Shown: one piece after another, positions 28,082-47,278 of the stretch | Layout of the letters: each line of letters starts with the position of its first letter | How positions within the stretch are numbered: position 1 is the stretch's first letter | NCBI RefSeq assembly: GCF_009914755.1 | Contig: NC_060947.1 | Direction: 5' to 3' (one strand) | Source of the DNA: the human T2T-CHM13v2.0 reference genome, Homo sapiens | DNA: 64,000 nucleotides | Program-made: the position numbers and the translations under genes | The notes under the pieces: generated by a model | What the model was told of the DNA's origin: nothing | What the model saw: the letters and a program-made list of their open reading frames with translations, nothing else | Database searches by the model: none

Positions 28082-29009
28082 ACAACTTCTGAGTGATTAT
28101 CTTCGGGCCCTCTGGGTACAGCCTATACTCCTTTCTTATTATTGCATATAGAGAAAAACACTTGGCAATTATTGAATTAACATTTTAGCATGTTTTGACT
28201 ATTCTTAAATAACTTATATGCAGTCCATGTGATACAGTGAGTCACTTAAGTTGTGAGTGTATCAAGCTATCTACCAAGCATTTGTATCTTAATAGACTGT
28301 GTTGTTTTCTATTCTTAAGAACATTTTGTGTATTGAGGTGGGGAACAAGAAGGGTGGCCATCAGGCTAGAATACAATTTTAGTGAATTTTGAAAAGGCTG
28401 TATATGAAGATATGTCTAAAAAGTGGAAATATGTTTCCAGAGAAATGCAGGGGACTCTAAAAACATAAAAACATGATCATGAATTTGGGGATAGCTGAAT
28501 TTCAGGGGAATATCAAGGAACTTCTAGACATGGGACAAGATTAAGCCTCAGCTAAGAATATATATTTCCACTAAAATTAGTCAAAGTGAAGTTGTTCCAA
28601 TCATTTCAGTCATCTTCACAATGGATTTTGATGTAGGTAAATTGACCTGAATATTGATCTTTAAAATGGTTAAAGTAATTGCTTTCTTAGAGCTGACAAA
28701 GCATTTCATTGACTAAAATGGAAAGGGTTTCATTGAACCTGTTTCCTGTTCCCCATTGGATCATCCAAATCAAAATAAGGTGAGTTTATTTTGCTTGATT
28801 TGGGGGAACAAACGTAAAGTCATGTAATAGCCTTATGAAGGATTTTTTTTTTAATAACCATGCCTCATTGACCATCAGTGTAAGTGGAGCATTTGTGTGT
28901 TTCATATTCTGGAAATTGTCATCTTTATGCTTAACTTGACTTCTAAAAATCTTGAGTACTTTGTAAAGTCGCATCTTTGTCTCAAATGTAAAGCGTTATG
29001 CTAAAAAGG

Positions 29010-29170
29010 AATGAGTTTTGGACTGGGAGGGAGAAAATCTAGATTCCAGTCCCAGCTCCGCCTTGTGGCCTTGAGAAAGTCACACATGGGCTCTGACTCT
29101 GTCTCAGTAAACTAAAGGGTTAGATCAGATGATAGGCAAGGCCCTTTCAATTCAGAGGGTCTATAATCCT
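29010..29170 (+). mobile_element. MIR3-like fragment
   Basis: ttggactggga ... ccagtcccagctccgcc ... gtggccttgagaaagtcac ... gggttagatcagatgat. Confidence 0.65.
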
Positions 29171-30489
29171 GTTATATATAATTATTGTGTCTTTATTACA
29201 ATATTTTCACACAAATGCAAAGTATATCGATATAAAAAAGGACTTTTCTCTGCTGAGTGTAGGGTGTGGAAATAGAGGTTATTTATCTTCATCAGCTTTT
29301 CAGTCTGATTATTTTCATATTGCACTTTATAAGGTATACCCACATAAAATGTAATGTGCTTTTAAATATTTTTGTCCATTGCTCCAAAAACCTAAATTCT
29401 CTGTTATATCAACATTACCCTAGTACAGCTAGAAGACATTTAATTTTATTTTACATAAATCTTGGCAGGAATTACCTTGGTGCTTTTGTCTTGGCTAAGC
29501 ACCAGGTGCTTTTGTACTGGATATATACCAACTGCTCTTTTTATTTTAAAACTTTACATGGACCCTGTATAATTGATTTTCCTACCTATCTAATTACCCT
29601 TGATGATATTATAATTCTTTTAAATAATTAAATGGGCTATGACTAATTTTAATACTGATAACAAAATTTTAACTTGATCCTGCAATTTTAATATTGGCAA
29701 TGTGATACATGGAATGTAAGTGAATTTAGCTCACATTCCAAGTGTTTCATTTTGTGACACTTATATTGAATAATAAAGTGTTCAATATAATACAACATTT
29801 ATAAATCCAGCTCTTTAATGAAAATGGGCTTATATCGATTAGTTTATGAGCAGAGTTTAATTTTGAGATACAATATTTAAAAGGGAAGGTTAAATTTTAT
29901 ATTTTAATTCATGAAGAAATCTATTCTATTACTTTATATGTTATTTTATCCATTTTATCTTAATCTGATAACCAAAATTAAATGTTTTCATTTTGTTTTC
30001 CCTGTTGCCTAATATGAAAGCCAATGACCTTTTGGAAATGGAATTTTATTTTCATTTTCTTAATGTGTTTCTCTTATATTCCATGTTTGTTGTAGCAGCA
30101 CTTAAATATTTTTGTCATATTTAAAAAGAATGCTTTAATTGGATAGGTTTCATTTATTAAAACATTTTCTCCAATTCAAGTTTACTTGAAACTATATGAA
30201 CTCGATCCATTTTCCTTACATAATTTTAAACTAAATGGAATCTATGTATTTTTCTTCATCATAGAAGGCAACAATGACCAAAAAAATCACTTTCTATATT
30301 TTGGCACAAGTTCCTTGTGCCCCTCATCCACCCCCAACCTTTATAGAGTGTTTACACAATGTGTACAGGTTTTTTTCCCTTTAGAAGCAAGTTGCTAGTT
30401 GAGAATATTTTTCCTCTAATTTTTACTGTGCCTCAGGAATTTAAGTCATGAGATCAAGGCTGAAGATGTTTTGTGACATTGGGAAAGTC

Positions 30490-30640
30490 ACAATCCATAT
30501 TCTTATCTGTTTGTCTCATCAGTAAAATGGTGATAATTATCACCTTGCCTACCTCATAGAGTTTTTCTAAGGTTCAAATGAGATAATATACACAAGGGCC
30601 TTGAAAATACATGGAATGATGAGCAAATATAGGGACTGAT
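30490..30640 (+). mobile_element. MIR fragment
   Basis: ctcatcagtaaaatggtgataat ... cctacctcatagag ... caaatgagataatata. Confidence 0.72.
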
Positions 30641-31304
30641 GTTATTGTCGCTACTGTTGCTATGTTGTTATGTTATGTTCTTAAAGTCAGGTATTGGAAT
30701 GCCTAAGATGGGAAAGGAATGTAACTTTACCAGAAGATCATTCTATCTAGTTTTCCCCATGTGTCATAGTAGACTATTTTAACATATAATAACATATAAA
30801 GATTCTGAACTTCCTATATAACATCATATTAGTTGCAAGATTTTTAGAGCATGAGTAAATTAAAAAAGGAAAACATCATAAGAGGAACAGACTTAGAGAC
30901 GAACCAAGTCAGGACTTCAGCATCCAGAGCCAATAGAGAGGATGCTGGTTAAGGACAGAATAGAGAAAAAACCCAGATGTAGGGTCGGTCCTTCCAGAAG
31001 AGCCAGGCAATCCACTGCAGTATCCACAGGCAGGCAGCTCATAAGAAAGCCAACTAATGAATGGATCACGGCAATAAAAATCTAGGCCACGAGTGGTATT
31101 TTAAGTTGGGAACATGGTCCTACTTTGGTTTTAGACCATCAGTCTATATACAATAGGCCATCTTCAAAAGTCTTTCCCTTGCCCATGCTTTACTATAGAT
31201 TCATGGATCACCTCCTCTAGGAAGTCTTCCCGAATCACCATCCAGACAGTGTTCAAGCCATCCTTCTGTGCTTCCTATACCTTGTGCTGGTCTACAACAC
31301 GTAC

Positions 31305-31560
31305 TATAGTTATTCAGCCATTTACTCAACAGATACTTATTAAACACCCATTTTCTACCAGACATTGTACTAGTAATGGAGGATAGAATAGTAAACAAAA
31401 CAAAGTCCCTGCCCTCATGGGGCTTACATTCTAATGAGGGGAGAGGAATACAGAAAATAAAAAATAAATAAGCAAATATAAAGTATGTCATGGTGATAAG
31501 TACTATCAGCAGGAATAATGTTGGACAATGGGAAAAGAGAGTTGAGGGGAACTGCTATTT
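31305..31560 (-). mobile_element. L2 3' end
   Basis: tactcaacagatacttattaaacacc ... aaagtccctgccctcatggggcttacattcta. Confidence 0.78.
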
Positions 31561-34029
31561 TTTAATATATTATACTTTTATTTAATCTTTTTTAAAGTTA
31601 GCTTTACCTTTGTTAATAAATATTCTTCTAAAACATTTTATGTCTGCATATATATTCCCCTATATGAAGGTTTCTACCATACTTATGTAACTATTCCCAT
31701 ATTGTTGTTGAACATTTAGCTTTTCTCTCTATCATAAACAATATTAAAAAGAATATTCTCATAGTTAGTTATTTTTGGGACACATCCTTGATTGTTTCCA
31801 TAAGTTTCAAGAAATGGAAGTGCGACTCAGCTGTTGCCGTGCAGAGCAAGTCTGAGTCATTTCCAGTCCTTTGGACACTGGCATTGGTATTGAAAGCCCC
31901 TTTCTGTAGGAGTCAGTGCCAAAGCCTGGTTTGTCCTCCTGATCCTGGACCCACACTTTCACTGTTCTCTTTTTCTAATGACTCAAAAAAGGGTCAAGAA
32001 AATTAGTAGTGGAAGTTATGCAGGTTATGATACTACCAGAGAAGCTCCCCAGAACCTAAGAAGCCTTTGTCTAAATCCAACGGTATTGGTGCTTTAAATC
32101 CTAAAATTTGTACTGCAGGTGTGGGTAGTGTCAACCTGAAAGTTGACTGTAAAATTCTACAGCTCTGCTTCATCTCCACATTTACCTCCATGCAGAGAAA
32201 ATTTGGGGTTTGGAACCTGTTGTTTGACCTTCACCTTCCAGAATCCATTACTTTCCTTTCACCTCATTTCTGCTAGATGTCAACCTTCCTCAGCTCTAGC
32301 CTCCTGGCTGACTTCCTAGCTCTTGTCCCTAGTCTATACCTTGACCATATTTTCTTTTTTTATCTACCAGTAACAAATGACTAACCTAGCTATTGTCCCA
32401 GTAGTGATGAATATGGGCCTGACTTTGGTGTTGGAACCCAGAATAGAATAGCACACCCATCATTTCCCTTTTCCTCTCTACTCACTACCACCTCCTCCTT
32501 ATCAGTCAAAAGTGTGCAGAAGAGATGTAGCAGATCCATAGCATCTCAACACACAAAAAGTAGATTTGCCTCCCAAATGTCAGAGAAATGGTTGGGAAAT
32601 GGTGTGCAGATATAAATAATATATTGGCTTTTTATTGGCAGTTTTTAAGAGCAAGACAACTTGATGATTAAATAGGATCAAGTTATTTGAGGGCAGAGAA
32701 ACAGTTAATGCTTTTCATTTGTCCATGACTTTACTTTCTCTTGCACAAATGATTACAAGCTGTCTCTAAATAAATGTTTCTATTTCTATTAGTGTTTGAA
32801 TAAATCTAACAAGATTTTTGGGAAACTAACAGTCATGCTAGCATACAAGACTACTGACAAGGAAATAAAAAAACAGTTAAGTAAAATATTTTTATTATTA
32901 ATTGAATTTTAAAACGTAAGAACCCATTGCATAGACTAATTCATTTTAATCAAGTCAACCTTGAGAAATAGAGCTTACAAAGTAAGACCAAAAATGCAAG
33001 ATCTTCCAGACACTGGAAATTTAGTACCCTGGAGGAAATATGTCTACCTTAGAAAAGTATATTTAAATCTGACTTTTCAATGGGTATTACTACCTTTTTC
33101 CTTTTCTTATTCAAATTAAAGAATACACAAAGTTACCTGCCTTCAGCTGGTTTTCTCAAGGTGATAATGGGCAAATCAGAAGCCACGGAGCCACCCATAG
33201 ATATGACTTTCTTGTTATTTGCATTTCTTCTCCCTTCATTGCTGCTTTCGTTCGAGATGTTTTTCAAACAACCAGACCATGCTGTGCACCACGAGTTCAC
33301 GTTTTCACTCTCAGCTTCCCATATTGAGAACAAAAGTTACTGGTCCATAAGTTATGTTGTGAGCATTTTTTATTGTTTTCCTACTTGCATGGATATACAA
33401 AGGAAATAAACAACTCTAATAGAGAGGCGAGATTTACCCTACCTGGAAAACAATATACTACACAGCATGATCAAAGCCAATAGGTATAACAGATCTTCCT
33501 AGAGATGATAAGTGGTGTCTTCCCACCTATAAATCATAGGTCACACTATCCAACCTCCTCCATTCCTTGAATGATGGATTTCACAGGGGGTTGTGCATCA
33601 TATAATCTATATACTAGTAGTTCTTTCACTTTCACCTGAAAATGGAGCTGACAAGGCCATCTAAATTTGGTTTTGAGAAAAGTGAACATAGAAAACTTGC
33701 TTAGAGAATCAAGTTGCTGCATTTACATTAGTTGAGAAACATTTTAGAGTCTACCTTAAAGTAATTGTCATATACTCACTTTAACCTAGATCAAACGTGA
33801 CAGGTCTCTGTTAAAAGCAAGACAGATCAAACTGAAGATGACCAAGGATCAGGAGACAAGACTAATTCATTAGTAAATAATAGAGATCTAAACAGCGAGC
33901 CAAGGAAGGTACTGCAGACAAGTGGACAGGTAGTGTCAGCAAGAGCCAGCGGGTGATAATAGATATGATCTCTGAAAGTAGAGGAAGTATGACATTAGGA
34001 AAATATGAGTTCAGAATTATATTCCAGAA

Positions 34030-34490
34030 TTATATTAGAGACTCAAAAAGTATTGGGTTACGTGAGATTTATTTTCTGTTTCATGTAATTAAAAATCTAG
34101 CAGTTTTTATGGCAGGGCTGGTATGGCAGTTCTTGGTGTCATCAGAGAACCAGTCTCCCCTATTGCCTTCATTTGTCATCCCTAGAGTGTGTGACCCTCT
34201 TCCTGAAGGCTACATAATGGTCACTGAAACTCTAACTGTTACATCTGCTTTCATAAAGGAAGAAAAGACTAAATGGGGAAGGACACAGCAAACCCTTTCA
34301 AAGAGACTTCCAAGAAGTGCTGACTACTCTGCTTACATGTCTGCTTTTAGCACTCCTATCTATAAAGGAGACTGTCACATATAATTTTTCATCTTGACAC
34401 ACTGCCATCCCCAAATGTATAAAAGTTCTGTTTGTAAGGAGGAAGGAGAGGCTAGAATATTGGGTAGGCAAGTAGCAGCATCTACAACAG
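34030..34490 (-). mobile_element. Old MaLR LTR, MLT1J-like
   Basis: agatttattttctgtttcatgta ... cagggctggtatggcagttc ... gaatattgggtaggcaagtagcagcatctacaaca. A second similar fragment follows at about 34500-34780. Confidence 0.6.
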
Positions 34491-34867
34491 TCTAATGCAG
34501 TATTCGGTGGGAGACCTTCTGTTCAGTGATTCAAGAATTCAGATTCCTTCTACCCTACAAGCTGTTTTCAACACATGGTTCCAGTGATCACCACAAAAGG
34601 GGAAAGACAGGGTAAAGAAGACACTACCTGCTTCTTAATCACATTGGCACTGAGTCATGTACCTCACTTTTACTCACATCTACAAGTTAGGTACACCCTG
34701 GCTGGTCATACACTTCCTACAGTAAAGAAGAGTAACACTGATACTTGGTGGATAGCTAGTCATATCTGCTACAGTAGTTGCCATCAGGGAGATTGAGCAA
34801 CAGAAATAGGAACTCAGCTACAGATACAGGTTCAAAGATCAGGATACTACTCTATGAAACAACTAGT

Positions 34868-35036
34868 GGAGTGGCTTCACATCTTGGCTGCTCATTAAAT
34901 TTATTGGATACACCAGATCTTTTAACAAGTATTAGTGCCCAGCCCCAAGCCAAATAAGATGGAAATGGGCATCGGTACTTTTTTTTAAAGTCTTCCCAAG
35001 TGCTTCTAGCGTTTAGCCATAGTTGAGAGCTATGCT
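34868..35036. mobile_element. MER5B-like hAT MITE
   Basis: cttggctgctcattaaat ... ggcatcggtacttttttttaaagtcttcccaagtgcttcta ... agttgagagc. Confidence 0.55.
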
Positions 35037-35552
35037 GTGAGAAGGATACGGCTGGACTTCAGACTCAGAAGCATTGAATGTTAGGCAAAGATTGAAGATA
35101 GAGACTTAACTAATCTCATAAACAAATTCATGAAATTATGCAGCAAAACAAACTTGATACTTAATTCTAAGATCCTGAACCTTGAGCTACTTGTACAACT
35201 TTATCCAAATATCTGAGGTGAGGCTAATATAAATAGGGGTTATATGGTTCCAGCAGTAAAGTTTAGAGGACCCCCAGGCAGGGAGCCAACCACCACAAAA
35301 AAGTTTAACCTTCTAGAATTTTTGAAGTATATGCTACATACACGATGGACTTTAACAATTTCATGTATTAGCATATTCCCAGTGCCGGAACAGACCCAGA
35401 CCTAGAGCAGCAAATATTTTTTTAAACTTATAAACTAACAAGTATTCAGGGAGACTATGTACCATATGTACATTGCGATTCTCCATACTAAGAAAGATGA
35501 TTTAAAAAGAAACATTGGAAGGGTATAAAAAATATAAGTAATAATTGCCTCA

Positions 35553-35558
<6 letters not shown>

Positions 35559-35584
<26 letters not shown>

Positions 35585-35616
35585 GTAGAGAGAGAGAGAG
35601 AGGAAGGAGAGACAGA
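35559..35616. repeat. (GA)n microsatellite
   Basis: Directly visible, interrupted (GA)n. Confidence 0.92.
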
Positions 35617-35657
35617 GACAAGCTTTAACACATTAAGCAATAGAAATCAGACAAGTG

Positions 35658-35956
<299 letters not shown>

Positions 35957-36135
35957 AGAAATCAGACAAGTGGTTGCCTGCTGCTGGGGATGGATTGATG
36001 GTAAAGGAGCATGAGGGAATTTTGGATGTGATATTAATGTTTTATACCTTAATTGTGATGATGTGTGTAGTTGTCACAACTCATCAAGCTATATACTTAA
36101 AATGAGTAGATCTTATTGTATGTGAAGTATAACCT

Positions 36136-37027
<892 letters not shown>

Positions 37028-38157
37028 TCCCTCAGTAATATTTATCATAAAAATAGATTAACACATAGGAAATTAAGGAGAATTTAATATTGACCTTTAG
37101 CTACTTACTTCCAAGGCCACATCTCAGAGTTTATTATCATCCAGAATTGCTCAACTTTTGAAATCTTAAATTGAGACATCCTACTATCTGTCTACAGCCT
37201 GTTATCTCCCCAGTTTCCTCACTCTGTTTCTTCCACTTTGTTTGATCTTTGACCTTGCAGGTCCTCTAGTCCCTTGACAGCTCTATGGTTTTATATCTAC
37301 TATCATTCTTCTATGTTCACTTTCTTCTCCCAACCAACTTAGATGCTATGATGCATCATTTCACTCTCTTGTTTCTCTCCAATAATAACTCTTATTATAT
37401 TGTGTTGCCATTTGTCTATCTCCCCCACTGGACTGTAAATTCTAAGGCATATACTTACCCTGCTATAAGATAGCATCTAGCAAATAGAAATACCTAAATA
37501 AATGTTTGCTGAAAGGAGAAATGAATGGCTGAGATACTAAACATAAGTATAAAAGGAATTCAGGGGTGGCAGGAAGGGAGAAGCCCAGTGGGCTGGAGCA
37601 GCTACAAAAGACTTAATACATGTGGTAGAAATTGAACTAGGCCTTGAGGATGGAATAAAAATTGAATAACTTGGAGCTAATTGGGGTCATTCCAGGATGA
37701 GGATTATTAGTACAAGCACTGCCTTTCACTAATTTTGAGTAAGAATATGCATCATTATGAAGTGGGGCTACAAGAAAACCAATTTGTTTGATTGATCGGG
37801 AACAGTGGGAGCAGACAGGAAACTGGGACACATAGCCGATAAGTAACAGAAAGCCTTGAAAAGGAGACACATTCCTAGTGGGAGACACTGTCATAGATGT
37901 CAGCAAAGGTGATTAAAAAAAAAAAAGAAGTCATGCAGAAAATCTATAAGTCTAATAAGGAGAATCTAAAAGCTAGAAAATAGGAAAGGAGTCAACTATT
38001 GGGAGCCAGAGTGCTCTATCGTGTATCTAAGAGTGGGAGTTATTAATCTGATTCTGCTGATTATCTTTCTCAACCAGGACAGTTTTCACCAGACTTTCCA
38101 ACTCTTGCCCTCTCGCTTTAAAAGTTTGCCTAGCATCTGACACAAAAAGTACATTTC

Positions 38158-38847
38158 ATTTTTAAAAATTTATTTGATTTTCCATAGGTTATTGGGGAAC
38201 AGGTGGTGTTTGGTTACATAGATAAGTTCTTTAGTGGTGATTTGTGAGATTTTGGTGCACCCATCACCCAAGCAGTATACACCACACCCAATTTGTAGTA
38301 TTTTTTCCCTCACCCCCTTTGTACCCTTTCCCCCTGATTCCCCAAAGTCCACTGTGTCATTCTTATGCCTTTGTATTCTCATACCTTAGCTCCCACTTAT
38401 GAGTGAGAACATAATGATGTTTGGTTCTCCATTCCTGAGTTACATCACTTAGAATAATAGTCTCCAATCTCATCCAGGTTGCTGTGAATGCCATTAATTC
38501 ATCCCTTTGTGCGGCTGAGTAGTATTCCACCATATATTTATATATATATATATACACAACACATATATATATATATATACCGTGTATATATATGTATGTG
38601 TATATATACATACATACATATATATACACGGTATATATATATATATACACCACATATATATATACACCACATACATATATGGTGTGTATATATATATACA
38701 CCACATACATATATGGTGTATATATATATATATATACACACACACCACAATTTCTTTATCCACTCATTGATTGATGAGCATTTGGGTTGGTTCCACATTT
38801 TGCAACTGCAAATTGTGCTGCTATAAACATGTGTGTGCAAATATCTT
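38158..38847 (-). mobile_element. L1PB1-like 3' fragment
   Basis: ccataggttattggggaacaggtggtgtttggttac ... gttctttagtggtgatttgtgagattttggtgcacccatcacc. TSD aaagtacatttc at 38146-38157 and 38848-38859. Confidence 0.9.
38531..38745. repeat. Complex (TA)/(CA)/(TG) microsatellite with inverted and tandem substructure inside L1PB
   Basis: Directly visible. It generates the many YIYI-type spurious ORFs. Confidence 0.95.
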
Positions 38848-39522
38848 AAAGTACATTTCCAAATAAGTTGGAGATAATATTGGAAAGAAAAATAAAGGGC
38901 TGGTTATGGAAAGCCTCAGAAACATGGAAGGGAAGTTTAGATTAAATGTGACAGTAAACCAAGTGGATGCCTGTTTCTTAACCAAGAAGGTGGCAAAATA
39001 GAAGCTATGTTTTAGGAACATTTTTTAAGCTGGGAAATGTAGGATGAATTCATCATAACAGATTTTTTTCACCCTAATTTGAAATTAGTGTTGGGGCCAT
39101 ATTAGCATTTTCTATAACCCAGGAACAAGTGATTTCTTAAACAATATGTCCATTTCTTGAAATAAACCATAGAATTCATCCTTTTTCTGTCTAATTTTAT
39201 CAATCACAAAATGTACTTTCTGTTACAGATACAAGTTGGATTTTAAAAATAACCAGTTATGTACTAAAATGAGAAGGATACACAATACATTCACACTTTT
39301 TTGTTTTATTTTATTCATAAACATGGTACTATATATTTTAAAATCAATTAATTGACCTAAAGTGCAACAAATATAGAAATTAATGATTTCTTTAAGCCTT
39401 TTCCATCTGATTTGAGGGAAGAGATCAAACCACCAGAGAGAGAAACTTTCACTAAATGATATAACCACATTGTATGATACGGAAAAAGAGGCTTGGTGAA
39501 GACTTTAAAAGTTGTCTAATGT

Positions 39523-39825
39523 GGCCGGGCGCGGTTGCTCATGCCTGTAATCCCAGCACTTAGGGAAGCCAAGGCGGGCAGATCACCTGAGGTCGGGAGG
39601 TCCAGAGCATCCTGACTAACATAGAGAAGCCCAGTCTCCACTAAAAATACAAAATTAACCGGGCATGGTGGCGCATAGCTGTAATTCCAGCTACTTGGGA
39701 AGGCTGAGGCAGGAGAATCGCTTGAACCTGGGAGGTGGAGGTTGCGGTGAGCTGAAATCACCATTGCATTCCAGCCTGGTCAACAAGAGTGAAACTCTGT
39801 CTCAAAAAAAAAAAAACAACAACAA
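39523..39825 (+). mobile_element. Alu, AluSp-like
   Basis: Full dimer. TSD aaaagttgtctaatgt (39507-39522) / aaaagttgcctaatgt (39826-39841). Confidence 0.95.
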
Positions 39826-40228
39826 AAAAGTTGCCTAATGTAACAGGTGGGCCTATATTTAAGAATACAGGTTCTATTCAGGCAGACTCCCTCCTCAAGT
39901 GGGTCCCTGACCCCCGAGTAGCCTAACTGGGAGGCACCCCCTAGTAGGGGCAGACTGACACCTCACAAGGCCGGGTACTCCTCTGAGACAAAACTTCCAG
40001 AGGAATGATCAGGCAGCAGCATTTGTGGTTCACCAATATCCAGTGTTCTGCAGCCACCGCTGCTCATAGATACCCAGGCAAACAGGGTCTGGAGTGGACC
40101 TCCATTAAACTCCAACAGACCTGTAGCTGAGGGTCCTGACTGTTAGAAGGAAAACTAACAAACAGAAAGGACATCCACACCAAAAACCCATCTGTACATC
40201 ACTGTCATCAAAGACCAAAACCACAAAG

Positions 40229-41247
40229 ATGGGGAAAAAACAGAGCAGAAAAACCGGACACTCTAAAAATCAGAGCACCTCTCCTCCTGCAAAGGAATGC
40301 AGCTCCTCACAAGCAACGGAACAAAGCTGGATGGAGAATGACTTTGACGAGTTGAGAGAGGAAGGCTTCAGAAGATCAAACTACTCTGACCTAAGGGAGG
40401 AAGTGCGAACCAATGGCAAAGAAGTTAAAAACTTTTTGAAAAAAAATTAGATGAATGGATAACTAGAATAACCAATGCAGAGAAGTCCTTAAATGATCTG
40501 ATGGAGCTGAAAACCACGGCACGAGAACTACGTGATGAATGCACAAGCCTCAGTAACTGATGCGGTCAACTGGAAGAAAGGGTATCACCAATGGAAGACG
40601 AAATGAATGAAATGAAGCATGAAGAGAAGTTTAGAGAAAAAAGAATAAAAAGAAATGAACAAAGCCTCCAAGAAATATGGGACTAAGTGAAAAGACCAAA
40701 TCCACATCTAATTGGTGTACCTGAAAGTGACGGGGGGAATGGAACCAAGTAGGAAAACACTCTGCAGGATATTTTCCAGGAGAACTTCCCCAACCTAGCA
40801 AGGCAGGCCAACATTCAAATTCAGGAAATACAGAGAACGCCACAAAGATACTCCTCAAGAAGAGCAACTCCAAGACACATAATTATCAGATTCACCAAAG
40901 TTGAAATGAAGGAAAAAATGTTAAGGACAGCCAAAGAGAAAGGTAAGGTTACCCACAAAGGGAAGCCCATCAGACTAACAGCTGATTTCTCAGCAGAAAC
41001 TCTACAAGCCAGAAGGGAGTTGGGGCCAATATTCAACATTCTTAAAGAAAAGAATTTTCAACTTAGAATTTCATATCCAGCCAAACTAAGCTTCATAAGT
41101 GAAGGAGAAATAAAAACCTTTACAGACAAGCAAATGCTGAGAGAATTTGTCACCACCAGGCCTGCCCTAAAAGAGCTCCTGAAGGAAGCACTAAACATGG
41201 AAAGGAACAACCAGTACCAGCCACTGGAAAAACATGCCAAATTGTAA
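40229..41247 (+). pseudogene. Disrupted L1 ORF1p
   Basis: MGKKQSRK... start and ...QPLEKHAKL end, broken by a frameshift and stops. Confidence 0.92.
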
Positions 41248-41310
41248 AGACCATCAAGGCTAGGAAGAAACTGCATCAACTAACAAGCAAAATAACCAGC
41301 TAACATCATA

Positions 41311-45123
<3,813 letters not shown>

Positions 45124-47278
45124 GTGGGAATTGAACAATGAGAACACATGGACACAGGAAGGGGAACATCACACACCGGGGACTGTTGTGGGGTAGGGGG
45201 AGGGGGGAGGGATAGCATTAGGAGATATACCTAATGCTAAATGACAACTTAATGGGTGCAGCACACCAACATGGCACATGTATACATATGTAAAAAACCT
45301 GCACATTGTGCACATGTACCCTAAAACTTAAAGTATAATAATAATAATAATAATAAAGAATACAGGTTCTATTATATAATGGAAATCTGTTGACATTAGT
45401 GGATTCTATAATTGCTTAATTGTGATTTTTTTTCCTACTTTCCAAGATAAAAGTTATACTTTTCTAGAGGGCATAGATTTACTTGAGTTCTGAATCTGAA
45501 CATTTAATAAGTGGATTCCAAGTGTATAAGCTGATGACCAAAGTTCCCTATGTTTGGAATATAATAACATAACCAAATTTTAATATTCTAATTATGGTTA
45601 TTGTGATATAGTCTCAATAAAATTGTTTCTAAAACAGAGGTGAATATATCCAAGTCTGTGAAACCACACAACTTCCTAGATATAAATGCAGATAGACACA
45701 CTATACTTGTCAATACAAATGGAGCAACTACATGATCAGTTGGGCCAGGTGACAGAGAGGCTGAGCTACTCCTTCAGGCATTAATTTTACTGTCATTATA
45801 GTTGACACATTTGCTTCTTTTTCATTCTACTGGGATCACATTCCAATTGTCAGAAGAGTGTGCGTGGGAGGTGGGATTTACCAGCACTCCATTAACTACC
45901 TCTTACGCCTGACACCAGTGACTGATCACTGGTGAATTCTTTTCAGTTGTCAAGAACTTCTCTCACTCTGTGTGTGCAAGTGTGTGTATGGGCACACACA
46001 CCCATGGCAAAAAGAAACTTCTGGACTTATGACCCAGTGCTAATGCAGATCCCACTTATTTGGCAGTGAAAAGTAAACACTATATAATATTTATTGTATA
46101 TATTAATGGATTTTCAAAATCAACATTTGAATAATTGTCTAACTGTGACAGTCACTCAGCTACTTTTAATTTATGCCTAGAAAACACTATACAAAAGAAG
46201 GTACTATGTTATTTTATGGAAGGTATCAAGAAGCATGTGTTTTGGGTCTCTGTTCACACTACACATTATCTGTTTTAGAAAAGTGATTCACTTTATATTT
46301 ATATCCATGAAAGATTAATTGCTTTTCAGTATTTTTATTAGAAAGAATAGTCAAACATAAGCACATTTGAGTTTTCACGATTTTAAAAATGTCAACGTCA
46401 CCACTAAACATTTTTAAACCTTCAGAAATATGTCTCCCTCAAAATACATGATGATGAGCTCATTCCAAATGCTTTAGGTTAAATTATAGTAGTATTTTTA
46501 TTTAGTAAATTACATGGAAGCTTGTACAAGCTATCTTAGTTTAAGAAATGAATCTTCATAAGCGATTTATGATTTTTATATATATTCCTATGTTTTATTA
46601 AATATAATTAGACTATGTTCAAATATGAATACATTATTAAGACTTAGGATAAGTGACATGCCTTTCCCACTAGCATATTATTCAAATGATATATAGCCTT
46701 TTCTGGTCAGAATGATAGATAATGACTTTGTACAAGCTAATTTGAAATCGGATCCTTAATTTTCATTCATTTAATTACAAAGCAGCATTATAAAATCCCT
46801 ACCAAAATAGTTCACATAGCAGTCCGCAATGAGGAAGCTTTTATGTGAAAGCACATTGTGTAAGCTTGGTCAGTCGCCAGAAGTGGTAGGATTTTGCTGA
46901 GCAAGTCATGGCATTATTAGAGGATGCTGGCATAAACAGAAATGCAGATCAGTAAATGAAATGGAGGATAGAAAGAAACCAATAAAGATGGCGTATTTAA
47001 AAAGTTGAATGTAGCTTATTAGAATACACTTTTAATAGTTCAGTGTGAGTAAAGACCTGAGGAAATAACCTTCCATTTCAGCATAAAAGAAATGTGGTTG
47101 AAATTTATTCCAACTGTGCTCTTTTACAATAATATAGAATCATTTACACTTGCCCATGAAAATGATTTTATTGATAAGCTGGCACTAATGATAAACTAAC
47201 TCTTCATGATATCAACACAATGGCTGGTAGAGAACTTACAGAAATGGTGACTTTAAAGAAGAACTGTGTCCTCTAGGA

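Noticed and set aside
33953-34384. 143-aa ORF
   Set aside because: Non-ATG start, lies mostly within an old MLT1-like LTR, no recognisable domain and no splice context.
38363-38840. Six overlapping ORFs of 60-126 aa rich in Y, I, H, C and V
   Set aside because: They are translations of a (TA)/(CA) microsatellite inside L1PB, which lacks stops in most frames.
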